64,000 bases of DNA, taken from contig CP158635.1 in NCBI GenBank assembly GCA_050273025.1, forward strand, positions 8,246,001 to 8,310,000, in the 5' to 3' direction. Position 1 is the stretch's first letter, and each line of letters begins with the position of its first letter. The position numbers were made by a program, and so were the translations under genes. Source of the stretch: Cenococcum geophilum (lineage: Eukaryota). Positions 24,601 through 37,012 of this stretch are shown piece after piece. Under the pieces are notes generated by a model. The model was given only the letters and a program-made list of their open reading frames with translations. It was not told the DNA's origin and ran no database searches.

Positions 24601-27303
24601 CCTACTTTACCTTTATAAGCACCCTTTTTATATATATACCTACGGCTTTAAATCCCTTAGGCCTCTTGCACTTAAATAGGTACCAACAGTTAGGAAGGGT
24701 GTGCCCCCTTATATCGCATGCCAGGCATTTAAGGTTCTTTAACCTTTTGGAAGAAGACATCTCTTCTTTAATCAAATTTATCCCTGCCCTTTTTCGGCTA
24801 TAAGGTAAGCTATTCCCTTTCCTTTTTAGACCTTTAGTAGCGGAGGTATCCTCTTTAAATTCTCCTGCAAAGTCTACATTAAATGCACTCCCTCTTGCCG
24901 TCGTAGGTACGGCTTTAAAAAGGTTTTAGAATGCTTCTTGTAGCTCTATTACTACTTTACAGTATCCTAATAAGTAAGCCTTTTTAGTATTATTCGCCTG
25001 CTTTATATACAGAATAAAATAGGTTTCGCTTATAGGTTGTATTGCATTTATAAGGTCTATTAGCTAGATCCTATTAGTTATCTGTAAAAGATCGTGCTTC
25101 TCAGCTATCTTTATCGCATGCTCCCATCGGTTAAGCCATTAGGTAATTTTTGCCTGCTTAAGACCCTTAAGCGAATCTGTGTATTATAGCTGTACCTTCC
25201 TTATTATAAAGTTCCTTAAGGGCTTAGTGTCTTCTTTTAACCGAGTTAGCCATTCCTTAACTGTAAGGGAAGGGTTAAGTAGTAGCTTCTTCTAAATCGA
25301 TACTGTGGACGTAATCTAGGTGCGGATCTATTAAAGATAATCTTCCTGTCTTAGGAAGTACTTTATATCCTTGTCATAGTATTATCTACTATTCTCGTAC
25401 GCTTTCTATTAATTCATCGAGAGCTGTATATATAAGGTTGCATTCTCATTAAAATCTATAACCTTTAGATAAGGTAGTTTTTTAAATAAACCTTCTTAAG
25501 GTGCTTTTGTGGCTGGGTTAACATGGGCCCAAATTTGCTAATCTATAAGGGCTTATAGTTGCCAGATCCATTACTCCCAGTCTTTTAGCTTATTAAGGAT
25601 GATTATAGTTAATAAACTTAACGTTAGTGGAGTTATTTAACTAATAGGTAAAGGAGGAATTAAGATAGTATTTTATTGTTAGAATCGCCCTTATTATTAA
25701 AATCGTCCTTTTAATAATTAAGGTAGACTCTTATAGAATCTCGTGGAATCTTATAGAATCTTATTCTATAACAATTAAGGTAGGATTTCTGTCAGAGTCT
25801 ACGTCCTAACGATAAGGTATTAGATAAGGTAGAATTTCTTTAAATAATTAAGTAATAGCTAAATAGCTTCTTAAGTCGGCGGACCGGGCTTATAACTATT
25901 ACGAAGCTTGTATTAAGCTGTTTATTAATAAAATGGGTTAATTAATTAATAATCTTATCTTTAGGTTAATTAACCTTAAACCTAGGGCCCTTAGGCTTAG
26001 ATAAAGAGGTTTACACTACACGTAACTCGTGCACGTGACTCGTGCACGGTCTACGCCTCTAGAGAATATAGATTATCTAATACCTTCTAGCCTACTTATA
26101 AGTAGAGCTCTTCCGCTAAAACTTTGTTAAATAGGTAAGAACCACTAAAGACCTCTTCGCCGAAATCCGCTATATAAAGTAACTACTTAATACTATAAAG
26201 CTTACGGAAGACCATATAGGGGGTAACGGTAGATCCTTACGCTTAAAGCGCGGTTATAGTATAGGCTTTATAGACTTAGGTTTAGGGAACAGAACCTAAA
26301 AAGAGTAACGCTTTTCTAAGTAAATTTCTAGGGAGATTACCTAAAAGCCAGATAGCTTAGGGGACCCCCTAAACGCTAGTACTACGTAGGTAAGTTAAAG
26401 GACCGTAGGCGGCTACTATAAGGAACACTAGAAGTAGGCTAATAAAGAAAAGTTAGCTCGGCCTTTAAAAAACCTAAAGCCCTAATAGCGTATTTCTCTT
26501 AACTGTAACTAGGGCCTAATATAGAGGGAGAGAAGAAACGCATTATAGTATATATTATAATAAATACGCCTTAGGGCGAAGTCCGCCTATATACTTTATA
26601 TAATAATAGGTACTAAATTAACCTTATTAATTAAGACATTATTCGTAGGTTTAACCTACCTATACGCTATACGCTACGTTTACATAAACCTATTATATAT
26701 TTCCTTAACAGCAACCAGATAATAATCTGGGATACTTATAATTTAATAGTTATTACTAGCGACTTCTAGGGTACCTCTCGCACTATTAGCCCGCAGACCT
26801 TTTAGGGCGACTTGTTTAATAGTTATAATATAGTTTTTAAATAGGATTGGCTCGCGGAAGTAGATCTATTAATTAGCTTTTATTCTAGATAGTTTATCTA
26901 AGGTACTTTAGACCCTAAACGCCTCTAAATAGTTACCCTTAACGCTCTCCTAGTAGATATTAAGGCTAGCGAAATAGTCTATTTGCTATAGCTAGAAGAC
27001 TCCTTCTTTACGCCAGTTATAAATATAATAGAGGACCTATTATTTCTAGTAGCGAGTATCTATATAGACCCTCTAAATATAGAGATACCGGTTATAAATA
27101 TAGTAGAGGACCTGCCGCTACTAGCAGCGAGTACCCGTAGAGACCCTCTAATGCTGGCGCAGATTACCTATAATTAAGGGGGAGGTAATTAAAACCCTAA
27201 AACTATTAAGTACACTATAGTAGAGCTATATACACTCTTAGTATAAGTATACCTACAAAACGCATATTAGCCACACCTTTTTTTTACTAGCTTTTAGAAG
27301 CAC

Positions 27304-27703
27304 ACTACTATACGGAGGTCGCTATTATAAGTTCTTGCACCTTCTTAATTAGGAAGTTAAGTTACTAACTCTCTTAGTATATTATTAAATAAGTATTTTT
27401 ATATTTTTATATAAAATCCTATAAACTCTATATAAATTCTAAGTTAAAGCTATTATATAATTAATCGTGTTAAAGTAGTTATTATAACTTAAAATTTATT
27501 AAAATTTATTAGTGCTGTAATTTACGCAGCCGGTATTACAGCTTATATAGCAGTGCTAAAAATTACGCATTTGTAGCGGGATCGTGCCTAAATTTATATG
27601 GGGTAGGCTAATAGCTACGCACCTATGATTGCGCGTGCGCAGTCGCTTAATTTCCTAATTAGGAAGGTGCAAGAACTTATAACAACGACCTCCGTATAAT
27701 AGT
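27304..27703. mobile_element. 400-bp non-autonomous TIR element (MITE) with ~58-bp TIRs
   Basis: ACTACTATACGGAGGTCGCTATTATAAGTTCTTGCACCTTC.. on the left mirrors ..GAAGGTGCAAGAACTTATAACAACGACCTCCGTATAATAGT on the right; CAC flanks both sides. Confidence 0.85.
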
Positions 27704-27807
27704 CACTTTAACCTCTATAGCCCCTACGTTAGGAAAAAATTTACCAGCATTTTTGCAGTATTTGGCAGCATTTGGCGCTATAACGTGTAGCGTATGGTAT
27801 CGACTAA

Positions 27808-28003
27808 GGTGCGGCATACTGCCGTATTCAATAATGCGGTGCGGTATACTGCCGTATTTAATAATATAGTGTAGCTAACTGCTGTATTTAATAATGCGGT
27901 GCAGCTAACTGCTATATTTAATAATGCGGTGCAGCTAACTGCCGTATTTAATAATATGGTGCAGTACACTACTATATTTAACAATGCAGTGCAGCTAATT
28001 GCG
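27808..28003. repeat. 30-bp minisatellite, ~6.5 copies
   Basis: Unit ~GGTGCAGCTAACTGCCGTATTTAATAATGC. Confidence 0.9.
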
Positions 28004-28167
28004 CATTTTACACTTAATGCGCAATTAATATATAATGCCCTCCTTGCGCATTCTATATATCTTACTCTTCCTATATACTTACTAGTATTTACTTAGTTTA
28101 TATAGTTAGTATAAAATAAATTATATTATTTTAGATAATTTAATATATAGCGACAGTTCTCTTTTAC

Positions 28168-28294
28168 CTATCTACCTACTAACCTACTTACCTACCTGCC
28201 TGCCTACCTACCTACCTACCTACCTACCTACCTACCTACCTACCTACCTACCTACCTACCTACCTACCTACCTACCTACCTACCTATCCACCTG

Positions 28295-28345
<51 letters not shown>

Positions 28346-28430
28346 GTTTGTTTGTCTATCTGTCTATCTATTTGTTTGTCTATCTGTCTATACTTACCTA
28401 TTTATACCTACCTATCTATGCCTACCCGTC
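28168..28430. repeat. Compound microsatellite (CCTA)n then (TCTA)n, with a degenerate tail
   Basis: Long CCTA run ~28200-28285; TCTA run ~28295-28344. Confidence 0.95.
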
Positions 28431-28495
28431 TATGTTACCTTAATTTAATCAATCGATTAAATCGTTTATAGTGTTCGCTGGCTGGTTATTTAAAC

Positions 28496-28684
28496 GGTTG
28501 TCTGGCTCTAGCGGCGGTCGTGTAGCTCTAGCGACGGTTATCTAGCTCTGGCGACGGTCATATAGCTCCGGCGACGGTCGTCTAGCTCTAACGACGGTCG
28601 TGCGGCTCTAGCGACGGTTATCTAGCTCCAGCGATAGTCGCCTAGCTCCGGCAACGGTCGTCCGGCTCTGGCGACGGTCGTCTA
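28496..28684. repeat. 20-bp minisatellite, ~9.5 copies
   Basis: Unit ~GGTCGTCTAGCTCTGGCGAC. Confidence 0.9.
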
Positions 28685-28828
28685 CTAGCTGTCGTTCTAG
28701 TGTCCCCCTAGGTAGGGAGGATATAAGGAAGGAAGGGTAAAAAATAAGGTGGCTACCTAGGTGTATATAGGGGGTATACTTAGCAGAGGCATATATAGAG
28801 GCTATTGGGAATATAGCGGGGACCCAAT

Positions 28829-29107
28829 GCGGAGCTTTGTGTAAAGCCTCCGTACGCAGAGCTTTATATAGAGCTTTGTATAGAGCTTCGTATAGAGCTT
28901 TATATAGAACTACATATAGAGCTTTATATAGAGCTTTATATAGAACTTCGTGCGGAGCTTTACATAGAGCTTTATATAAAACTTCGTATAGAGTTTCGCG
29001 TAGAGCTTTATATAAAACTTCGTATAAAGCTTTATATAGAGCTTTACGCAGAGCTTCGTGCGGAACTTTGTGCGGAACTTTATATAGAACTTTATATAAA
29101 GCCTCTA
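28829..29107. repeat. 12-bp minisatellite, ~23 copies
   Basis: Unit ~AGAGCTTTATAT / GGAGCTTCGTGC. Confidence 0.9.
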
Positions 29108-29383
29108 TATTAGGAAAAATTTACTAGCATCTAATTTTACTTTTCTGCCATTTTAGCATTTTCTAGCATTTAGCAGCTAAATGCTAATACTTAATTATAA
29201 ATGCGGCATTTGGCTACTAAATATAGCATTTAGCTACTAAATGCTAGTACTTAGTAATAAATGCGGCATTTAGCTGCTAAATGCTAATACTTAATTATAA
29301 ATGCTGCATTTAGCTGCTAAATGCTAGAAAATGCTAAAATGGCAGAAAGGTAAAATTAGATACTGGTAAATTTTTTCCTAATA
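29108..29383. mobile_element. 276-bp fold-back MITE, TA-flanked (Tc1/mariner-type TSD)
   Basis: TATTAGGAAAAATTTACTAGCATCTAATTTTACTTTTCTGCCATTTTAGCATTTTCTAGC is mirrored at the right end. Internal palindromic GCATTTAGCAGCTAAATGC units; TA at 29106-29107 and 29384-29385. Confidence 0.8.
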
Positions 29384-30842
29384 TAGCCTACTAAATATAT
29401 ATAAGGAGGAAATTAATGTCTTCTTTAATAAGCTAGTAAGTATACTACTATAGAACTCTAAGTATAACTATATAATCGACTTAGAAGAAGGCAAGACGCC
29501 ACTATAAATGCCCCTCTATAACCTCTTATATATAGTGCTTTTAAAAGGGGCTAGATTAGGCCTAGTAGGTCGCCTACTAGAGCGCCTATTCTCTTTACAC
29601 TAAAAATAGACGGTATAATATAGCTATATATTAACTATAGACGCCTAAATAAGATTATAATTAAGAATCGGTACCCCCTACCGCTAGTTCACGAACTCTT
29701 TAATAGGCTTAGCTATGTAAAGATATTTATAAAGCTAGGTTTTTGTAATATATACTATAGGATTTATATTAAAAAGGGAGACGAATAGAAGACTATATTT
29801 AAGATATATTATAGTTACTTTAAGTACCTAATAATGCCCTTTAGTCTTACTAACGCCCCTATAATATTTTAGAGCTATATTTATAAAACTCTAAGAACCC
29901 TAGTAGATACTATCTATATAGTTTACCTAAATAATATTCTTATCTACTTAAATAATAAGGATAAGTACGTTAAGCACGTTAAGCAGGTACTGCAATAGCT
30001 CTATACTTAGGGCCTATATGCCAAACTATTAAAATATATTTTTTATACTAAGAACGTTAAGTTCCTAGGCTTTATTATTACCTCTAGGGGTATTATAATA
30101 GACCTTAACCGTGTAAAAGCTATTAAGGAATGGCCTAAGCCTAAGTCCTATAGGGACATCTAGATCTTTCTTAGCTTCGCTAACTTCTATAGGCAATTTA
30201 TCTGGAACTATTTAGATACTGTATACCCTCTGTACATATATCTTATATAGGTATATCGTAACCTAAGGTTAGATAGGGAGAAGAAGTAAAAGTATAAGTT
30301 AAAAGGGCCTACTAAATGGTATTAACCTTAGTCCTAGCCTAATAATACTTAGCAGGCGTTTTATAAGCTACGCGCTACATTTATATAGGCTCCGCTACTT
30401 CGTTACTTTAACCTAAATTTATTTTTAATAGTAATTACTAACGCTTCTAATTATACCTATAGCGGTATACTTCTATAGCCTTTAGGATAAGAAGACTAAC
30501 TCCACTAGTACCTAATTACTTATTATAGTTAGAAGCTTACTAGCCTAAAAGTAGAGTATAATACGTATAATAAAGAACTGCTCGCTATAGTGCAATGCTT
30601 TAAGACGTGGCGCTATTACCTTAAATACGCCGCGTATATAACGCGCGTGCTCTATAATTATAATAATCTTAGGTACTTTATAACTACTAAGAGCTTATTT
30701 ACTCGCTAGGCCTAGTATACTAAAAAACTAGCTAAGTTTAATTTTAAGATTAAATATAAGCTAGGTAAAGTAAATTCCGCCAATATACTATCCTGGCGCC
30801 TAGATTATACTAAAGGCTTTAAAGATAATAGTATAAGGACAC

Positions 30843-33800
30843 TGTTATAGGACACCTCCGTAATACCTTACATACGTCTACCTATTTCTACCAACTTAGC
30901 AATTAGAGACTAACCGTAAAATAGTAATTTAATGGCAATCTAATGGCAATCTAATAGCAATTTATGGCATTCTACTATATTCTGCCAAGTTTTACCAAAT
31001 TCTACTAAGTTCTGCTAGGACTACGACCTAAACCCTATTCTGCCTATATACGTATTAACTAAGCAACTAAGTTAACAATATATGCCCTTTCTTTCCATTT
31101 TCCTACCTTCTTTCCTTATATAACGTCTTAACCTCCTTATATAGTTTATGTATATAGCTTAATAATATCTACCTTGCTATATATTATCGTCGCTTATACT
31201 TACTTTATAATACTACGTTGCGTTAACTACCTATACTACTGTTAATATGTAAAACGAACCCAAAGCCCCTATAATAACCGCCGGTATTATATCCATACTC
31301 TAAAAATAATTAGTAGGGATATAGAAGTCTTTTATAAACGCCCTTAAATAGAATTAAGCCACTTTAAATTAATAATAAGCCAAATAAGAAGCACGATACT
31401 AGCAATTAATTAAGGACCTCTAAGAAGAAGTCCGCGCCCTTAAGATGCCTATGCTAGGACCTTAAGACTAAACGCCATCTTTAGAGATGAATACGCGGAA
31501 CGCGAGCCTTAAACCCGCAGTAGCTACTTACCCTAAGCCGACTACTATACTAAAATGATCCGAATAACTACTAAATCTCTTAGTATTTACTAATAAATAA
31601 TAAGAGCTCTAATTATTTCTAAGCTAGCTTAAAAATAAGCTAACTAGTAATACTAACTATTACCTAATTAAAGCTAACTAACTTTGTTACGCCCTAAGTT
31701 AACTAAAAGGAGATATAGCTAATTTTATTAAACCGCTTTAGCTAAACTTAGTATAAAGCCTAGTTGTACTTCTTAAAGCTATATATAGTAACCTAAACCG
31801 CTAAGCTACTACTTAAAGAAAGATAAAATATATAACTTAAGGAACGAAAAGTTTCCTAATATACTTCTCCGAATTTAACTATTACGTAAAGGAAATAGGC
31901 TAGAACGACTCCGCACTAATTAACAGCCTCGTTAAATCCATAAGCCCTAAACTAAAAACCTCCCTAATAGGCGTAGACCTATTAGGAGCCCTTAATGCCT
32001 ATATAAACGTTATTAATAAATAATATAATAATATACTACGCCTAATACCGAAGCCCGCTCTATAATATAATATAGTAACCTTATAAACGTTTACTAAGTT
32101 ATTATCTTAGCCTAAGCACCCTAACGCTATAAATATTAATACTAGGACCCTAGGGTACGCCCTACTAGGGTCCTTTAAATGAGAATAACGCATTAAGCTA
32201 GGCCTCTGCTTTAAATATGGAAGTAGTTCTTACCTCTCTAACTACTACTTTATCCCTATACCTAAACACAAATTATAAACGGCTAATACTAGCAGCCGTT
32301 TACCGTATTGATTTTCCGGTTACTATCCCTAATCTCTACCTAGTTCTAGCCCTATATTTAGTAACTACTATTTATAAGGACGAAGCTACAGCTAACGTCC
32401 TATAAGAACCCTACTCCGATCGCCTCTAAAAGGAAGGTTTTAGAGCTAAGTCGCTTTCTAGAACGGCTCTACTATAGGATTTTATTAAACGCATTTAACG
32501 TCACGAACTCTAACTCTTAGGACTGTAGTATAACTATTAACTACTATCTTTGGTAGAATAGTTAATAGGCTAATACTTAAATCCTAATTAATACAGGAGC
32601 TAGCGGTATAGAATTTATTAATAAGATCTTTATATAAGATAATGGTTTTACCTTAACCCCCCTTAACTGGCATATTAACGTATTTAGATTTAATGGTAAA
32701 CGCACCGTCTTAGGCTGTATTACCTATATAGTATTCCTAAGACTCTAATACCTAAACCACGAAGAATTAATTAAACTTTTCGTTACCACCCTAGGTCACT
32801 TAGTAATCCTTAGATAACCCTAGATAAAGCTATATAAGATAACTATTAATTAAGATAACCTTAAGCTTCTATTTACTGCCTCCCGTTATAAGCAGAAGTG
32901 CCTTATAACTTACTGCTCAGACCTAGAACTAAAATCTAAAAAATCCACTATAATCTACTAGTCTAAAATTTCTACAACTGTCTACCTCGTACCTAAGGAA
33001 TCTACCAGATTCTACTAACCTAGGAATTTTACTAAACTCCACTAACGATCCGAAAACTCCACTAAATTCTATAAGTTATTACTAAGCACTGCACCGCCCC
33101 GAGCTAAAAGCTTAAACTCTATATACGAAAATACTAAAAGGACTAGTATTCCACTATAAAAAGGATTCTTAAAGAATCCGAACCTAAATCTAATACTAAC
33201 TCTATACCTAATACTAAACCTAAACCTAAATAAAAAACTATGGACAATCTAAGCGAGCTTAGTACCCTAGATATCCGCATAATTAGAGCTACTCCGCTAG
33301 TATAACTTACTAAGAAACCCGAGTATATAATCTTCGCTGTTACGATAGCCGATATTAAAAAGGCCTTAGTACTAAAGAAGTATACTAACCCTGCCACGAA
33401 GGTACTAATAGAGTATTATTATTGCCTAGATGCATTCTTATAAAAGGAAGCTAATAAGCTACTAAAATACCAACTATATAACTATAAGATTATACTTAAA
33501 AAAGGAAAGCAGCCCGGATTTAGACCCTTATATAGGATATTCTAAAATAAACTCTAAGTGCTATAAAAGTATTTAGACGAGAACCTAAGCAAAGAATTTA
33601 TTAGAGTAAGCTCGTCGCCTATAGCCGTACTAGTAATCTTTATTAAGAAACCTAGCGGCGGTCTATACTTCTGTATAGACTACTAAGCTCTTAACGCTAT
33701 TACCGTTAAGAACTAATATCCGATCTCGTTAATATAAGAGACATTAAACTGACTAAGTAAGGCTTATTACTACACAAAGCTTAATATTATCTCTATATTT

Positions 33801-36729
33801 AACCGTCTCCGCATTACAAAAGGGGATAAATGGCTTACTGCATTTCGTACCCAATATGGACTATTTAAGTACTTAGTAATACCCTTTAGCCTTATAAACG
33901 CTCCAAGCTCGTTTTAACATTATATAAATAATACCCTGCGCCCCTACCTAGACATCTTTCATACTGCTTATATTAACGATATCCTAATATATAGTAATAA
34001 CCTAACCGAATATCGGAAATACGTTAACTTTATCCTATAAGCTCTACACGGAGCTAGATTATAATTAGATATAAATAAATGCGAGTTCTATAAAACGGAA
34101 GTCTTATACCTTAGACTCCTTATTTCTATAAATAGTATATAAATAAACCCGAAGAAAGTCAAAGTAATTATAAACTAGTAAGAACCTAAGAACGTTAAGG
34201 ACGTAAGAGCCTTTATAGGATTTACTAATTTCTACTAACGGTTTATTAATAACTTCTTTGCCCTAGTTTTACCCCTTATAGCTTTAACCTAAAAGGATAA
34301 AGTCTTTATCTTTAATAAGGAATATAAGAAGGCCTTTGCCTATCTAAAGGTTATATTTACTACTACGCCTATACTCTAATACTTTAACCTAAACTAAATA
34401 AGTATTATAGAAGCCGACTTATCTAACTATATTATTAAAAGCATCCTATCTTAATATAACGAGGATAGAGTATTATACCCTATAATATACTTCTTAAAAT
34501 AACTAAGCCTAGCTAAATATAACTACAAGATCTACAATAAGGAATTATTAGCTATTATTAGATATTTTAAATAATAGCGACCCAAACTAGAAGGCGCTGG
34601 ATTTTTAATTAAGGTCCTTAGCGACTATAAGAATCTATAGTACTTTATAACCACGAAATAGCTAAGTTATTATTAGGCCCGCTAATTAGAATATCTATTT
34701 TATTTCTAATTCTTAATTATATACCGCTTAGGCGTCTAAGGCTAAAAGCCTAACGCCCTAACCTAACGCTGGCAAGATATACCAGCCCTAAAAGAAGCAC
34801 ACTCTTACTAATATTAGACCCTACTTTACCCTAAACTATTTAACCCTCTTACTAAAGATCTTATAGTACACGTTCTTAAATAATAAGTTTATCTAAGAGA
34901 CGCTTAAGCTAATATAAGATGGCATTAAACGCTTTAAAAAGATTTCTTTAAATAAATACAAAGCCTATAGAAACCGCTTATATTACTAAAACCGTCTAGT
35001 TATTCCTAATTACGATAAGCTTAAGCTTAAACTCCTTAAAAATATATACAATCTACCTATCGCCGGCTACCTAGGCTAAGGAAAGACCCTAGAACTACTT
35101 TAACGGGAGTATTATTAGCCGAATATGTATAATATAACACGAAGGTATATCTTTAGCTGCTATACCTACTAATAAGCTAAAGCCTCGCATAAGACGTATA
35201 ACGGTCTTTTAAAGCCGCTACCTGTTCCGGACTAAAGATAGAAGAATATCTTAATTAATTTTATTATTAACCTTCTTAAGAGTAGAGGCTATATAAACAT
35301 TATAGTAGTTATAGACCAACTATCTAAAATAAGATACTTAATCGCCTGCCCTAATATATTAACGCCTACTATTGCCTAATTATTCCTAGATTATATATGG
35401 AAACTCTACAGACTCCCTAAAACGATTATCTCTAATAGAGGCAGCTAGTTTATCTTAGCATTTTAGAAAAAACTAACTACTTAACTCTATATTAAAGCAC
35501 TATTATTTACTGCGTATTACCTAAAAATGGATAGCTAAATAGAACGCGTAAATGCTATAATAGAATAGTATATTTGGATATATACGTTATATTTATAGGA
35601 TAACTAAATTAACTAGCTCGTATTCGCCGAGTTTACTATAAATAATTCCGTCTCGGAAACTATAAAAGTCTCTCCGTTCCTAGCTAATTGCGGCTAGCAC
35701 CTATAAATAGGTTTTAAACCCTTTAGTGATGTTCCTTACCCTGCTTATTACACCTTATAAGTTACAGAAGTAAATAAATTCGTAGAAAAGATAGAGGAAT
35801 TATAATAGTTTCTTACTAATAAAATAATATGGGCTTAATCTGTCTATAAAGCCGCAGCGAATAAGAAATAAGCCCTAGTACTAGCTTACTAAATTAAGAA
35901 TTTTGTCTAGCTAAATATAAGAAATCTAAACACGAAATAACCTATTAAGAAACTTAATTAGAAGAACGCTGGCCCTTATAAGGTTAAAAAGGTTATCTTT
36001 TCTTATGCCTACTAACTGAAGCTCCCTAATACGGTTAAAATCCACCCTATATTTTATACGTTAGTCCTTTACCCTACTACCCCTATATTAGACGCCTTAC
36101 CTAGACAGATATAAGACCCTCCCCTACTAGTTAAAGTAGATGGTAAGAATAAGTACTTTATTAAAAGAATTAATAATATTAAGTATAATAAACGGAAACG
36201 CTAATATATATATCTTACGAAATAGAGAGGCTTTATTAAGTCCTTATAGGAACCTATTAACTTTATAGGACTTATATAAGCCGTAAAAGACTTTTATAAA
36301 CTCTACCTAGAACTACCACAGCCCCATCTTATAAAAGCTTAAGTTTAAAGGGGGGGTACTATTATAGGACACCCCCGTAATACCTTATACACATCTACCT
36401 GTTTTTACTAACTTAGCAATTAAAGACTAACCGTGAAATGGCAATTTAACGGCAATCTAATGGAAATCTAACGGCAATCTATGGCATTCTGCTATATTCT
36501 GCTAAGTTCTATTAAATTCTACTAAGTTCTGCTAGGACTATAACCTAAATCCTATTCTCCCTATATACGTATTAACTAAGCAACCAAGTTAATAATATAT
36601 GCCCTTTCTTCCCGTTTTCCTACCTTCTTTCCTTACGCAACGTTTTAACCTCCTTATACGGTTTATATACATAGCTTAATAATATCTACCTTACTATATA
36701 TTATCGTCGCTTATACTCACTCCGTGACG
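30843..36729 (+). mobile_element. Full-length Ty3/Gypsy chromovirus family B copy 2 (5887 bp), nested in Gypsy-C
   Basis: 370-bp LTRs at 30843-31212 and 36360-36729 (last base G instead of A); TSD GACAC (30838-30842 / 36730-36734). Order is gag-PR-RT-RH-IN. Chromodomain DGKNKYFIKRINN..YIYLTK*RG ~36140-36230; PPT AAAGGGGGGGTAC. Confidence 0.95.
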
Positions 36730-36833
36730 GACACTCCTTAATGCTATACTACCTATATTATAGTAAAAGTTACGGGTTATAGGCCTTCTGGGCGGCCCTA
36801 GTACTACTATACCATACTAGTAAGTAGTATATA

Positions 36834-37012
36834 TGTTACGGCTCCGTAACGGATCTAGTTAGGGGGCTTGCTTAAGCCTTGGCATATATATAGACGTATT
36901 CTTTCCCACCTTCTACTCCTTATCTTAATATCCGGGTTTATAGACTACTAATTATATAGGCTTGTATACGTTCTACGGCGCTCGTGCCTTAATTAACTAA
37001 GTCGCTGTAATA
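36834..37012. mobile_element. Solo LTR (179 bp) in Gypsy-C pol
   Basis: TGTTACGGC...GCTGTAATA inverted termini; TSD ATATA (36829-36833 / 37013-37017). Confidence 0.8.

Larger units (their letters stand above)
20275..26082 (-). mobile_element. Full-length Ty1/Copia family A copy 2 (5808 bp) inserted in Gypsy-C gag
   Basis: 186-bp LTRs at 20275-20460 and 25897-26082; TSD CCTTC (20270-20274 / 26083-26087). Colinear with 9132-14840, differing mainly by transitions, a +108-bp duplication and a 9-bp deletion. Confidence 0.95.
27233..29383. mobile_element. Composite non-coding insertion (2151 bp) in Gypsy-C pol, TA-flanked, with TIR-element ends and satellites
   Basis: Removing it and one TA (27231-27232 / 29384-29385) restores the pol frame ...VELY-SLLNIYKEEINVF. 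A TIR-like end CGTTAGGAAAAAATTTACCAGCAT lies at 27727, with its inverse ending at 29383. Confidence 0.65.

Noticed and set aside
27778..28096. ORFs 27778-27984(-) and 27899-28096(+)
   Set aside because: Their 10-aa periodicity is just the 30-bp minisatellite read in stop-free frames.
28837..29127. 96-aa RALY-repeat ORF
   Set aside because: Translation of the 12-bp tandem array; non-ATG start and no coding evidence.
32217..33397. ORFs 32217-32405(+) and 33143-33397(-)
   Set aside because: Off-frame or antisense to Gypsy-B2 gag-pol.
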